A DNA stretch of 32,000 nt from Geobacter sulfurreducens PCA (lineage in GTDB: Bacteria; Desulfobacterota; Desulfuromonadia; Geobacterales; Geobacteraceae), in the NCBI RefSeq assembly GCF_000007985.2, contig NC_002939.5, positions 3,180,001-3,212,000 of the forward strand. The letters run 5' to 3'. A model generated the notes under the pieces. It was not told the origin of the DNA. It was given only the letters and a program-made list of their open reading frames with translations, and searched no databases. This document shows, piece by piece, positions 8,701 through 16,151 of the stretch. The first letter of the stretch is position 1; each line of letters begins with the position of its first letter. Both the position numbers and the translations under genes were made by a program.

Positions 8701-11150
8701 TCGGCCATGGTGGGGGCGGTCAGGTGCCCCAGGGACGTGCCCGCGGCAGTGACGATATCCACCCGTCCCACGTAGTCGGAGATGACCTTGCCGGCCGGCA
8801 GCCCGCTGGTGGTCGACAGGGTGACCGTGACGTTGCGGATCGTGTCGTTGACGCCGCCGTTGGTCCTGAGTCCGAAGGCATCCACTTTGGTGGGGCCGGC
8901 GTTCCAGGGAATGATCGCGTTGGGGGGCTCGGCGGCGATGAAATCGCTCAGGGTGGTCGTGGGCAGAATGGTCAGCGTGGCCGACGTACTGTCGTTGTCC
9001 ACCCCGATCCCCCCGGTGGAGGCTACCGTCAGGTCGTCGACAACGGCGGTGAGGATCACGTTGGTGTTGGGGGCATCGCCGATGTTCACCACCACCAGGT
9101 AGCGCCTGACCGCGGTGCTGATCGCCAGGTTGAGCCCGGAGATGGTCGCGGTGTTGCCGGAAATCGTGGCGGTGGAGCCGAGCAGGGTGTCGCTGCCGTC
9201 AAGGGTGCCGATGGTGCCGGCATCGGCGTACAGCTTCACCTCTTTGATATTGGTGCCGGTGAACGTGGCGTTCCCCTTGATGGTGACGGCCGTGACCGTC
9301 TTGGCCTTGGCCGCAGTCAGGGTGAAGCTGTCGATGACCTTATTGACGTCCGAGGCATAGACAGTGGCATTGGGAATGGCCGAGCCGTTGCCCACGTCCA
9401 CGTTTTCGTTCTCGGCCGCAGTCTCCTGCACCATAAGCTGGGCATTGACCGAGCTGCCGAGACCGATGCGCATGCCGGCGGTGACGCCGATCTGGATGCC
9501 GAGCCGGGCGCCGGCCGGCACATTGCTGAAATCCTGTCCGGCCAGGGAGGTGGTGATGGTCTGGCTGATCGAGCTGCCGGTGGTGTAGCGGGAGGTTATG
9601 GGGGCGTTGACCCTGACCCCGTCGCTGGTCACGTAGAAGAGCTGCAGCGTCACCGTGCCGCCGCCGAAGGGGGTATAGACCCGGTAGACAAAGGATCCGC
9701 CCTTGATGGTTTTCATGACCGAATGATATCCGGCCCCGGCGAAGTAGAGCCTGATGAAATCGGGCTGGGCGGTGGTGGCGGAGTATCCCCGCCCGGCAAC
9801 GCTGGCGCAGGTGTGGCTCGGGTAATTGAGCAGGCCCACGAGGGGGAAGCCTGACCCGGTGGTGTTGCTGGTGATGCAGGCGGTGTCGGTGGCGGAGGGG
9901 CCGCCCGTTTCGGAAATCCCCGCCAGGGTCGTGCCCTCGTCCCAGTCCGCGGCATAGATCTTCGTGACCGCGGTGCCGCCGTACTGGATGGTGGGGGTTG
10001 AGGAGGAGGTGCTCGTAACGTTCACCACGCCGCCGGCCGCGCCGGTGACCGCGAAGTAGGAGCTGTTGGCCACCCGGGCTCCCACGGTGGTGCCGTAGGT
10101 GGAGTTCCGGGCGATACTATAGACGATGAAATAGCGCTGCGGCGTCGTGGTAATGGTCTGCGGGGTTGCCAGCTCATAGGCCTGGCCGGTGAGCTGGGTA
10201 AAGGTGTAGGGCCCGCCGACCTGGGTGTCGGTCTTCTGGAACAACCCGTCGCCGTTGGCATCCTTGAAGATGGAGAAGGTGACGTCGCCCGGCTCGTCCT
10301 CGTTCACGTAGACGCTGGTGTTGGTGCCGATCTTGTCGAGCTTGCCGCCGCTCCAGGTGGCTCCGCCGCTCACGTTGGAGTACAGGTCCATCTTGAGCAT
10401 GGGGATAGCGCCGTCCCCCTGGGTCACCGACGCGAGCTGGCCGCTGTAGTAGTCGGACAGGTTGTTGACCGTCACCGAGTTGGCCACATAGGGGGCCTCG
10501 GTCACGGTGAAATAGGAGTAGTTGGTGCTGTTGCCCCAGTAGAAGCGCGCCGACGACGAGGTGCTCGCCATCCGGCAGGTGACGACCACCTTGAGCCGGT
10601 AGCCGGCCTCGACATCCTTCGGCTGGGGGTTGGTAAACGTCAGCTCCAGCGGCGTCTGGACCGCCGGGTGGGCCTCTTTCTCGTCCGAGGTCCAGAGCAG
10701 CACGCCGTTATTGGCGGTCCCCTTCGGATTGTAGGCGTACACGTACGCCTTCCAGTACATGTTGTTGGTGGTGCCGTTGCGATCCCGCATCCCGATGGTG
10801 ACCGACGGGGCGGTGAGGGTCTGCTTGGTGGCATAGACCGGCCCGTAGGCCCTGATCATGTTCTGCTCGGCGGTGCTGACGGAGGCGGTAACGTACCGGG
10901 AGGTGGTATAGACACCCGGTTTCATGGAAATTTTGCCGTCGCGGCTGGTCCTGGTCGTGGTGTAGCCGTCGGCGCCCAGGTTTACGGCTGCAGAATCAAG
11001 GGTGAAGTAATAGGTATTGGTGGCCGTATCGCCGATCAGGGGCCGGAACATGGCCTGGTACAGGAAACAGGCCATCACCAGCATTACGGTAATGCCGATT
11101 TTAGTCCGTATCCCCATTCCCCTGATTTTCCTGACGAGCGCTGTTTCCAT
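2739..11150 (-). CDS. Giant multihaem c-type cytochrome, 2803 aa (about 27 CxxCH + 7 Cx3-4CH) with a ~1136-aa haem-free N-terminal region
   Basis: Uninterrupted 8.4-kb ORF. ATG at 11150 preceded by GAGGGA. N-terminal hydrophobic anchor (IGITVMLVMACFLYQAMF). The first haem motif, CSTCH, is encoded at 7728-7742 (residue ~1137). Repeated CxxCH..CxxCH..CxxxxCH units (CSNLYCHSD, CANLYCHGGG, CAVYCHSDG) match the Geobacter CxxxxCH...CXXCH motif family. Confidence 0.95.
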   Translation of the reverse strand: METALVRKIRGMGIRTKIGITVMLVMACFLYQAMFRPLIGDTATNTYYFTLDSAAVNLGADGYTTTRTSRDGKISMKPGVYTTSRYVTASVSTAEQNMIRAYGPVYATKQTLTAPSVTIGMRDRNGTTNNMYWKAYVYAYNPKGTANNGVLLWTSDEKEAHPAVQTPLELTFTNPQPKDVEAGYRLKVVVTCRMASTSSSARFYWGNSTNYSYFTVTEAPYVANSVTVNNLSDYYSGQLASVTQGDGAIPMLKMDLYSNVSGGATWSGGKLDKIGTNTSVYVNEDEPGDVTFSIFKDANGDGLFQKTDTQVGGPYTFTQLTGQAYELATPQTITTTPQRYFIVYSIARNSTYGTTVGARVANSSYFAVTGAAGGVVNVTSTSSSTPTIQYGGTAVTKIYAADWDEGTTLAGISETGGPSATDTACITSNTTGSGFPLVGLLNYPSHTCASVAGRGYSATTAQPDFIRLYFAGAGYHSVMKTIKGGSFVYRVYTPFGGGTVTLQLFYVTSDGVRVNAPITSRYTTGSSISQTITTSLAGQDFSNVPAGARLGIQIGVTAGMRIGLGSSVNAQLMVQETAAENENVDVGNGSAIPNATVYASDVNKVIDSFTLTAAKAKTVTAVTIKGNATFTGTNIKEVKLYADAGTIGTLDGSDTLLGSTATISGNTATISGLNLAISTAVRRYLVVVNIGDAPNTNVILTAVVDDLTVASTGGIGVDNDSTSATLTILPTTTLSDFIAAEPPNAIIPWNAGPTKVDAFGLRTNGGVNDTIRNVTVTLSTTSGLPAGKVISDYVGRVDIVTAAGTSLGHLTAPTMADNWQVPTTGLAATQIPTDYYVAITPKGNQGITFTVKGRVTSVTHSRTTNALLVNDAGSATILMDEEPPNESSLTAVTGTYHNDTDRAEVNLSWLGTTDAGGQPVTYKLVRGLGNAPAPRTCTVDNAKTFLAYQGPATSVVDKGLDEGVNYGYRLCVIDSVNNINAGVTASATAAIKNRCNELPELIVNPTASYVKAGTTVKLTIGIKNKDTGVCGPTTFSLVTQGTNIDDSNFTVAAFEANDFVISTNNGSKYTHLDITAKPGAIEGAVKTFHVKVVKSSGGETVCPDPIEVVVNKYGTMMHSSLQLGTQKYGKWGVNFTCSTCHSPDATNIKQVRNVITTPTGPRPVLFDTISTAINANVAGVFGNDRRSGTASTNVCEVCHHRARFHQYSAAKVAWKDHNNNGDCLKCHPHSIGFKTKATGQSCDDCHGNPPTSYEMLVVPPTEVLFPFASNAGSHGKHNARQVTCTACHSNANHLVTATPDMQLNLGFSVANGTFPGFVGSVTTGTIRTLAPGNDYSWSGAAGTTIQQAPNTIMTCSVYCHGWEGNGGYNTEPAWTGITQVGCGSCHAATADVPPPSGSHAKHAGNEPGYGNGIACAKCHGFRNYSTSASHINGNVEWDLAANSTTARYAGVAAGSTGAKAPTAPGSYGTCSNLYCHSDVQSNNGTGGPTSFATPVWGGSTNCNSCHQADPNTTGGHPQHAGEEVTGFDCRICHANGGSTNSLNHGNSKINFMFTGLGENTHYSYSSAKTPGSAPYGTCYNGNCHGARRTLAWEPPNHAVPLCEKCHTTSPSAAGFYSTSGPGSTTSKTDAYVGAHFQHITSMPFRYSARIDCSGCHLKPTGPYTPGHIDSALPAEVIFGAIAGSGVQNGYSSAEHQPSYNYASRECSNVWCHGGGMASNVGAGPYGSAVTDGASLGSPAPAVWNSPYLTGVGTNDCVKCHAFPPAAPLPGYTHWDDNNNRPFVANQCILCHKHVDNTGYAFKDPKLHVNGVVDSCNTCHGRPPVDEAGMTIPAVGALTPGMVGAHQAHALNPSIGKDCNVCHYQYSQEMPSYDMEMGFNAYGGRVTSGTFYGYSTLSDNYSPRIVYKSTNAGTVVRRTTNADTLNTCANLYCHGGGTSTRAALQGGSNTRPNWEGGSSQAACGTCHGVTADTYHATGSHDAHVSTAFGKPRLGCSNCHGVKENNYHVDGKVEWAFYSTAQRLNQKVANPQYTPAAGNGTAGASGATNGLAPSTAFGTCAVYCHSDGRGNYASPLPVWGGAPMNCGSCHKNQTSAFTDSHQKHSASSANGGYGIDCFICHLGSGSGNPKHVNGDIDVVFNSTVVGVTATYDSGAKKCFSILCHDTTAVAGPTWGVPSTGTYDGGTHKPTCIGCHSGEVNTRAAVIPQFGGESHHVQGVQISNTVCYQCHWEANANGTANTTYHTRTAGQPVNLVIRTTTSRPVAYTEGSTGTAYTSNGTRTELAKLNSNCLGCHNATNAASQPFGDGMTPTQYAWDGKSIAERYSVATTTTWAKVTGNNTVAKSLTKAYSAHGRADLNQRGWTVGNSTTGEVYANTSGTVNVLCYDCHNSHGTSATGIMSSYSSATGRNMGGILKATSNGIGGYTADYTPYAGGDAVEPNKNAYNPGAALCFDCHNTASAGATAPWGYGPTASGGTFGSTQAIYGYHDTPYFGSGTFANTQTYAYKALNPDNKGGHFGASSSLTTTAAKPINGLCTPCHDPHGVSPSLGANQAYAVPLLKGTWVTSPYKQDAAPASKTEARGGGKKRSAMNVGSTPGYRIDQNSMGIAAAATRSQWTFPNNASSQTPSTMQGTTDAQFAGLCTGCHAQADLNNTAAPATSNWKTMRRVHNTVKGWATASGGNANNKVHAFTCSKCHTPHNAKLPRLLVTNCLDVKHRGRAASGGSMTGPASQSGSKGAGVGRFPQGGGGTGDQPLGTAGKWFFGKATQSTSITTNSQTLCHQSATAGGSTYSQDGQLWNTKSPW

Positions 11151-11194
11151 AAAATCCCTCGTGTGGCGTAGATGGCGGAAAGTCTATTGCATGG

Positions 11195-14134
11195 CTACAT
11201 GGCCGAATGGCAACTGACGCACTCGGTAATGCCGTTGTTGTCGGTCCACTTCACGCTCTGGCCGTTGTGGCAGGCGATGTTGGAGCAGGTCTTGGTGCCG
11301 CCGTCCCACATGGTGGCCGTGTCGAGCGCCTGCTTGGCTGAATCGTTGGCACCGGAGACCTTGTAGCCGCCGTTGCGCTTCCAGACGCTGCTGTAGGTGG
11401 CGATGGCGAAGCTTGCCGGCCGCATCTGGGCTTTGGAGATGACGGCCACGGGTTTGAACGCCACATCCACGAGGCCGTTGACGTGCTTCGACCGGTCCGC
11501 GATCGCAGCCCGATTGCCCGACAGGGCACCGACGGCGTTGCCGTCGTAATGGCAGGTCTTGCAGACCGCGTTGTCGTCGTTGCGGGCGGTGGTGACGGTC
11601 TCGTAGTGGCAGATGTTGCAGCTGATGGTGGTGGCGGTGGCTGCATTGCCATGGCTGCTGCTGCCGGTGGTGCCGGCCGTGGCGCGCTTGCCCGGGCTGC
11701 TGTAGATGTTCATGGCGTGGATGCCGATCTGGTGGCCGCCTGCCACGCCGGTGTAGCCGAGGAAACGGTTGTTGTAGTGGGACGAGGACCCGGCAATGGT
11801 GCTGTTGGGCGAGTTGCCGTGACAGGCGGCGCAGCGGTCGCCGGCAAAGCTGCCGCCGTACCAGTCGGGCGTGGCGGCGTAGACCAGGTTTGCGGCGTAG
11901 CCGTTGCTGTGGCAGTAGACCGACGCGCACCTGACCGACGCGCCGGTGGTGCCGGTCAGGCCGCTGCCGGCTGAATTGAGTCCGCTGCCGTTGGTCGCGC
12001 CGTTTTTCGTTTTCAGCCCGCCGGCATTCACATCGTTCTTGCTGAGGGAGAGGTCGATGTGGCCGTCGATGTGGTGCACCGGATCCATCGGATGGCAGTT
12101 GGCGCAGCCGTAGCGATAGGCCGCTCCCACCGGGTGGTTGCCGGTATAGGCATAGAAGGTCGGGATCATCCCTCCCACGTGGATGCCATGGGCGCCTCCC
12201 AACCCGGCGATGGGGTGGCAGGCGTTGCAGTTCTGGGCGGAACCGCCCCAGCGGGGGGTCGCGTAGGCCCTGCCGGTCTGCCGGCCGTTGGAGTGGCAGT
12301 AGACGTTGGTGCAGCGGCGGCTGAGGTCGTTGTAGGACGGGCTGTTGCCGCCCGCGACCGCGGTGTTGAAGGTGACGTTCTTCTGGGTGTTGGCGTGCAG
12401 GGTCGTGCCGGGCACCAGGGAGACGCCGTTCTGGGTGGTGCCGGCGTGGCAGGTGCTGCAGTCGCCGGCCGACCTGACGTGTTTCGGGTTGTGGGAGTTG
12501 AACCAGTTACGGTCGGCAGAGCTGTAGTTGTTGTAGTTGGGCTCGCCGAACCGGCTGACAAAGACCCCGGCCGGGCCGGCGGTGGACGCGCCGTGACAGG
12601 ACGAGCAGCCGTAGGTGGTCGCCGTATCGCTCCAGGGCACCATGGTCCGGTATGCCGGGGAGCGCTGGCCCGAGCTGTGGCAGTAGACATTCGAGCAGGT
12701 GCCGGCGGCGATCGTGCCGGCCCGCTGTCCGGAGTAATCCTTGAAGCGGTTTACGTGCCTGGCCTTATCGGCAATGGTCAGGTTCCCGGAAACGGTAGGG
12801 GCGTGGCACTCCACGCAGCCGATACCCGTGCCGAGCCCGCCGTTGTAGCTTGCATCCACGTGTTTGCGGTGGTTGTTTGACGCAATGACGTTGCCGCTCC
12901 CCTGCTGACCGCCATGGCAGCCGGTGCAGCCTGTCGGGAAGTCGGCCGCCCCCCAGGTCACGGCGTAGTCGTTGAACGGCGGCGTGGTGGTGGCGCCGTC
13001 GGAGTGGCAGTAGATATTCCGGCAGGTGCCGTAGGCGGTGCCCACGTCCTTGGCCACATGCCCGGCGGCGCCGCCGTAGGTTCCGGCGCTGCCGATGGCG
13101 GCCTCGAAGGAGATATCGGCCTTCTTGTTCACGTGCTGCGTCGGATCGCCGATCTGGCGGGAATTCGTCACTGTTGCGCCATGGCACTGGACACAACCGA
13201 TCTGCGCCGCGGCATTCACCCCCACGTGCGCCCCGTGGGACCCGGTCTGCATGGGAGAGCCGGAGTCGGCATCCCCCCGGTGACAGCCGAGACAACTGGT
13301 GCCGAGCGTGCCTGCCCAGTCGGGCGACTGATTGGGAGGGTCGTAGCTGCCGGCCTTGGTGCCGGGGCTGTGGCAGTAGAGGTTGGTGCACGCGCCGGTG
13401 CGGGACGGGTTGTAGAGATAGAGGGGATAGCTCACATCGCCGCTGAAGGAGCCGCCGGTGTTGGGAAATGCCGTGAACTGGATCACCAGCCCCCGCCGGC
13501 CGGCGCTCGTGGCATGGGAGAACGCCCCCTTGCCCGGCTTGGCCGCATGGTCGGGGTGACACTTGACGCAGGCCGTGGTCACATCCCCGTAGTACTGGGC
13601 ATGCTTTGCGTGGCGAGCGTCCGCCGGAGGGGCGCTGTGGCAGGTGGCGCATTTCTGCTGGATCGTCTTGCCGCCGTCCAGGTAGAGCGGCGTGGCCCCG
13701 TTCTGGGGGGTCGTCTTCTCGAAGTGGCAGTTGACGTTGGAGCAGGTGCCGAAGCTCGGGCTCGCCGTGCGGGTGAAGGACGTAAGGTTCCTGTAACGGG
13801 CCGTGAGCCGCGAGTTATTGATAGTGGTCACAAAGTCCACGTTGTTGTTGCGGTGGTTGTAGGTGGCGGGCATCTTGTGGCAGATGGCGCAGTTGGGGGT
13901 TCCGGCGCTAAGCCAGGCATGGGTGTCGTGGCTTCCCATGAACCGGCCGGTGGAGATGTTGCGATAGGGGGCATCAACCGGCGGCATGCCGTGGCAGCCG
14001 GAACAGTCGGTAATGGTGCCGGCTGCGGCCGTACCGGCGAGCGCGAAGAGCGCAGCCGCACATGCCAGCGCCGACAGGACTGCCGCACCGGCCAGTGCAC
14101 AGCCCCTGTGCCATTTCATATACACATTAATCAT
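11195..14134 (-). CDS. Multihaem c-type cytochrome, 979 aa (16 CxxCH + 7 CxxxxCH)
   Basis: The ORF track gives 11195..14218. I prefer the ATG at 14134 (GGCGGAGGG SD 5 nt upstream), giving MINVYMKWHRGCALAGAAVLSALACAAALFALAGTAAAG as signal peptide; ATG at 14119 is an alternative. Seven [CxxCH, CxxCH, CxxxxCH] triads read directly. Confidence 0.93.
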   Translation of the reverse strand: MINVYMKWHRGCALAGAAVLSALACAAALFALAGTAAAGTITDCSGCHGMPPVDAPYRNISTGRFMGSHDTHAWLSAGTPNCAICHKMPATYNHRNNNVDFVTTINNSRLTARYRNLTSFTRTASPSFGTCSNVNCHFEKTTPQNGATPLYLDGGKTIQQKCATCHSAPPADARHAKHAQYYGDVTTACVKCHPDHAAKPGKGAFSHATSAGRRGLVIQFTAFPNTGGSFSGDVSYPLYLYNPSRTGACTNLYCHSPGTKAGSYDPPNQSPDWAGTLGTSCLGCHRGDADSGSPMQTGSHGAHVGVNAAAQIGCVQCHGATVTNSRQIGDPTQHVNKKADISFEAAIGSAGTYGGAAGHVAKDVGTAYGTCRNIYCHSDGATTTPPFNDYAVTWGAADFPTGCTGCHGGQQGSGNVIASNNHRKHVDASYNGGLGTGIGCVECHAPTVSGNLTIADKARHVNRFKDYSGQRAGTIAAGTCSNVYCHSSGQRSPAYRTMVPWSDTATTYGCSSCHGASTAGPAGVFVSRFGEPNYNNYSSADRNWFNSHNPKHVRSAGDCSTCHAGTTQNGVSLVPGTTLHANTQKNVTFNTAVAGGNSPSYNDLSRRCTNVYCHSNGRQTGRAYATPRWGGSAQNCNACHPIAGLGGAHGIHVGGMIPTFYAYTGNHPVGAAYRYGCANCHPMDPVHHIDGHIDLSLSKNDVNAGGLKTKNGATNGSGLNSAGSGLTGTTGASVRCASVYCHSNGYAANLVYAATPDWYGGSFAGDRCAACHGNSPNSTIAGSSSHYNNRFLGYTGVAGGHQIGIHAMNIYSSPGKRATAGTTGSSSHGNAATATTISCNICHYETVTTARNDDNAVCKTCHYDGNAVGALSGNRAAIADRSKHVNGLVDVAFKPVAVISKAQMRPASFAIATYSSVWKRNGGYKVSGANDSAKQALDTATMWDGGTKTCSNIACHNGQSVKWTDNNGITECVSCHSAM

Positions 14135-14218
14135 GACGACCCTCCGCCTCTTTCCGCAGGAGTACCCGACAACTGACAATTCTTGCAGCCCCTTAACGGC
14201 CCGCTGTCGCCTTATCAC

Positions 14219-14528
14219 CGACCAGCAAGCATAACAAATATTAATTATTACAGACTAATTCAGCGTGAAATCGGTTAACCGTTTGATATTTCTAACCCTA
14301 CCGTTTTAATACAATATGAAATGTCAAAATCACTAACTGTTATTTCACTGCGTCAATAAGCAAAGCAAAAACCGAGCCTTTTATCCCGGAGATCCCTGTG
14401 AAATGGCATATACACTCATGTGGTGAAAAGTCAGTCGCAGACAGTCATTGTTACATTTGAGAAAAAAAAGGAACAACACCGGAGGGATGCGCCTCAGAAC
14501 ACTACAAAAACACTCAAATAATCGGCTG
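14219..14528 (-). promoter_or_regulatory. AT-rich intergenic region: probable promoter/regulatory region of the 979-aa + 2803-aa cytochrome block
   Basis: Hand count gives 112 G+C in 300 nt (14221-14520), about 37 percent, against clearly GC-rich flanks. It lies between the 3' end of the YedE-like gene and the 5' end of the cytochrome gene. Contains the perfect palindrome CGGTTAACCG (14272-14281) and several TGAAAT/ATTTCA words. No promoter hexamers could be assigned with confidence. Confidence 0.5.
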
Positions 14529-15599
14529 TCAGGCGGTACGGGCCCGCCAGAAAAGGCAGGCGGCGAGAACAGCGGCGAATCCCGCCAGAAGGGCGGCCTT
14601 GCCGGCAAGGGAAACGCCGGCTGCCGTGGCGGCAATGCCCCACGACTGGACCAGGGCGCCGCCGATGAGCATCCCCACCACCACGAGCCCCGCATCGGCG
14701 TCCCCCTCGCCCGCCTTGATGAGCTGGCGGAAGGGGCAGCCGCCGATGAGGACGGAAATCCACCCCACGAGCCCCATGCCGAGGAAGCTCCAGAGGTGCT
14801 CCGGATGGGCGCCGGGCTGGCCGTGGAGACCGGGGTTGAATCTGCCGAAGGCTACGTTGGCGGCCACCGCCGCAGCCAGAAAGGCCACCACACCCCAGAG
14901 GGCCGGGGTCCGTCTGCCCATGATGAACGCATCACGGATGCTGCCGGTTATGCAGAAGCGGCTCCGCTGGGCCATGGCGCCGAGCAGCGCGCCGGCGCCC
15001 AGGGCAAGGGGAACGGGAGCGTGCTGTGCCGCGCTCCCCTGGCCGGAAAAGATGATGAAACCGGGGCGAACGAGAAGAAAGACCAGGAGCAGGAGAAAGA
15101 AGGCCGGGATCAGCGGGCCGCCGTGACCAACGCCCGGTGACGGGTGCCCCGGCTCCACCCCGTTGGCGAGCCCCCGGAGACCGGCCCAGACCCCGGCGAC
15201 CAGCCCCACGACGCCGGCAACGGCGGTCAGGTCGCCGGCAGCCAGGCGCAGGAAGAGCTTGATGGGGCAGCCGATGAAGATGGCACAGCCGACAATGAGG
15301 AACACTCCCGCAACGAGGCGCGGCAGGGGGGCGCCCCCGCCGCGGGAGCGGAACTCGCGAAAGAGCAGTGCGCTGGCCGCGGCGCCGAGCACGAAGCCGA
15401 TCAGTTCAGGCCGCAGGTACTGCATGCGGGGGTTGTCGTGCATCCCCAGGGCCCCGGCGCTGTTCTCCATGAAGCAGGAAACGCAGATTCCCGAGTTCTC
15501 CGGATTACCCCAGACCGCCAGAAGCGCACCGAGGCCGCCGAGGAAAAGCCCCGCCGCCACCACCATCCAGAAATGCCGATCCCGCAGCACTACTCGCAC
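14529..15599 (-). CDS. YedE/YeeE-family membrane protein (putative sulfur/selenium compound transporter)
   Basis: Polytopic and Gly/Ala/Leu-rich. Family-typical motifs GNPENSGICVSCF, RSRFCITGSIRD and GGCPFRQL. The ORF-track start at 15599 is GTG. A GTG at 15590 (TAGTG overlap with the upstream stop, GGGAGG 9 nt upstream) and an ATG at 15566 are alternatives. Confidence 0.75.
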   Translation of the reverse strand: MRVVLRDRHFWMVVAAGLFLGGLGALLAVWGNPENSGICVSCFMENSAGALGMHDNPRMQYLRPELIGFVLGAAASALLFREFRSRGGGAPLPRLVAGVFLIVGCAIFIGCPIKLFLRLAAGDLTAVAGVVGLVAGVWAGLRGLANGVEPGHPSPGVGHGGPLIPAFFLLLLVFLLVRPGFIIFSGQGSAAQHAPVPLALGAGALLGAMAQRSRFCITGSIRDAFIMGRRTPALWGVVAFLAAAVAANVAFGRFNPGLHGQPGAHPEHLWSFLGMGLVGWISVLIGGCPFRQLIKAGEGDADAGLVVVGMLIGGALVQSWGIAATAAGVSLAGKAALLAGFAAVLAACLFWRARTA

Positions 15600-16129
15600 C
15601 CTCCCGCCAGCCGACTCTTCAGGTAGTTGACCTTGCGCAGGGACGCCGCCAGGCTCCGGTTGCCAGGGTTGGCGGCTGCCCGGCCGCCGATGCCCGCCAG
15701 CCCCTCGACCACCAGGCCCTCGATGGCGCGGCGCCGTGACAGGGGGCTCTGTGCGTCCACGTAATCGCCATTGAGCCTGACCCCTTCCTCAAAGGAAGCC
15801 ACGGCCTCGTCCAGTGCCCCCATCTTCCGGAGGATCTCCCCCCTGAGGATGTAGCCGTGGGCCTCGCCGGGGTAGCTTCGGATCAGCTCGTTCAGCCTCA
15901 GGAGGGCTTCCTGGTCGTTGCCGGCCGTGCGCAACTCCTCCACCGGCCCATAGAGCCTGGCGATCAGCTCGACGCGGGCGCGATAGGCCATCTCACGCTC
16001 CACGGCCTTGCCGAGGCCCGCGGCCCTGCCTGCTCCTGCCCCGTGATTCGTTGCAAGAACACCGGCCAGAGCCGCAATGACGACGGCCAGGAGCAGCCAG
16101 GTTATTTTGTCGAAGGTGTCGGTGAACAT
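15590..16129 (-). CDS. Membrane-anchored TPR-repeat protein (179 aa from ATG at 16129)
   Basis: Met36 of the 214-aa ORF gives MFTDTFDKITWLLLAVVIAALAGVLA as a TM anchor. TPR-like helices follow (DQEALLRLNELIRSYPGEAHGYILRGEILRKMGALDEAVASFEEGVRLNGDY). The start lies 22 nt after the upstream stop. Confidence 0.6.
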   Translation of the reverse strand: MFTDTFDKITWLLLAVVIAALAGVLATNHGAGAGRAAGLGKAVEREMAYRARVELIARLYGPVEELRTAGNDQEALLRLNELIRSYPGEAHGYILRGEILRKMGALDEAVASFEEGVRLNGDYVDAQSPLSRRRAIEGLVVEGLAGIGGRAAANPGNRSLAASLRKVNYLKSRLAGGCE

Positions 16130-16151
16130 TGGAAAAACCAGCCTTTTCAGG

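Noticed and set aside
4425-9854. Very long + strand ORFs antisense to the cytochrome and other genes: 1809 aa at 4425-9854, plus 2811-4376, 12914-14176, 16077-17090, 16990-18000, 17939-18952, 20032-21228, 24584-25969 and 30795-31826.
   Set aside because: They are G/A/R/V/P/D-rich low-complexity translations with no recognisable motifs. Each lies entirely opposite a minus-strand ORF with strong family signatures. This is the usual shadow-ORF artefact of high-GC DNA with stop-poor antisense frames.
14462-14500. The T8 run (minus strand ...GGTGTTGTTCCTTTTTTTTCTC) as the intrinsic terminator of the YedE-like gene.
   Set aside because: I could find only a weak 4-bp stem (GAGG/CCTC) preceding the T run and no convincing GC-rich hairpin, so I did not annotate a terminator.
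14219-14528. The AT-rich island as a mobile element remnant, a horizontally acquired insertion or a riboswitch-containing leader.
   Set aside because: It has no transposase or integrase ORF, no terminal inverted or direct repeats and no tRNA nearby. I could not match it to GEMM or any other riboswitch consensus I know. An AT-rich promoter/regulatory spacer is the simplest reading.
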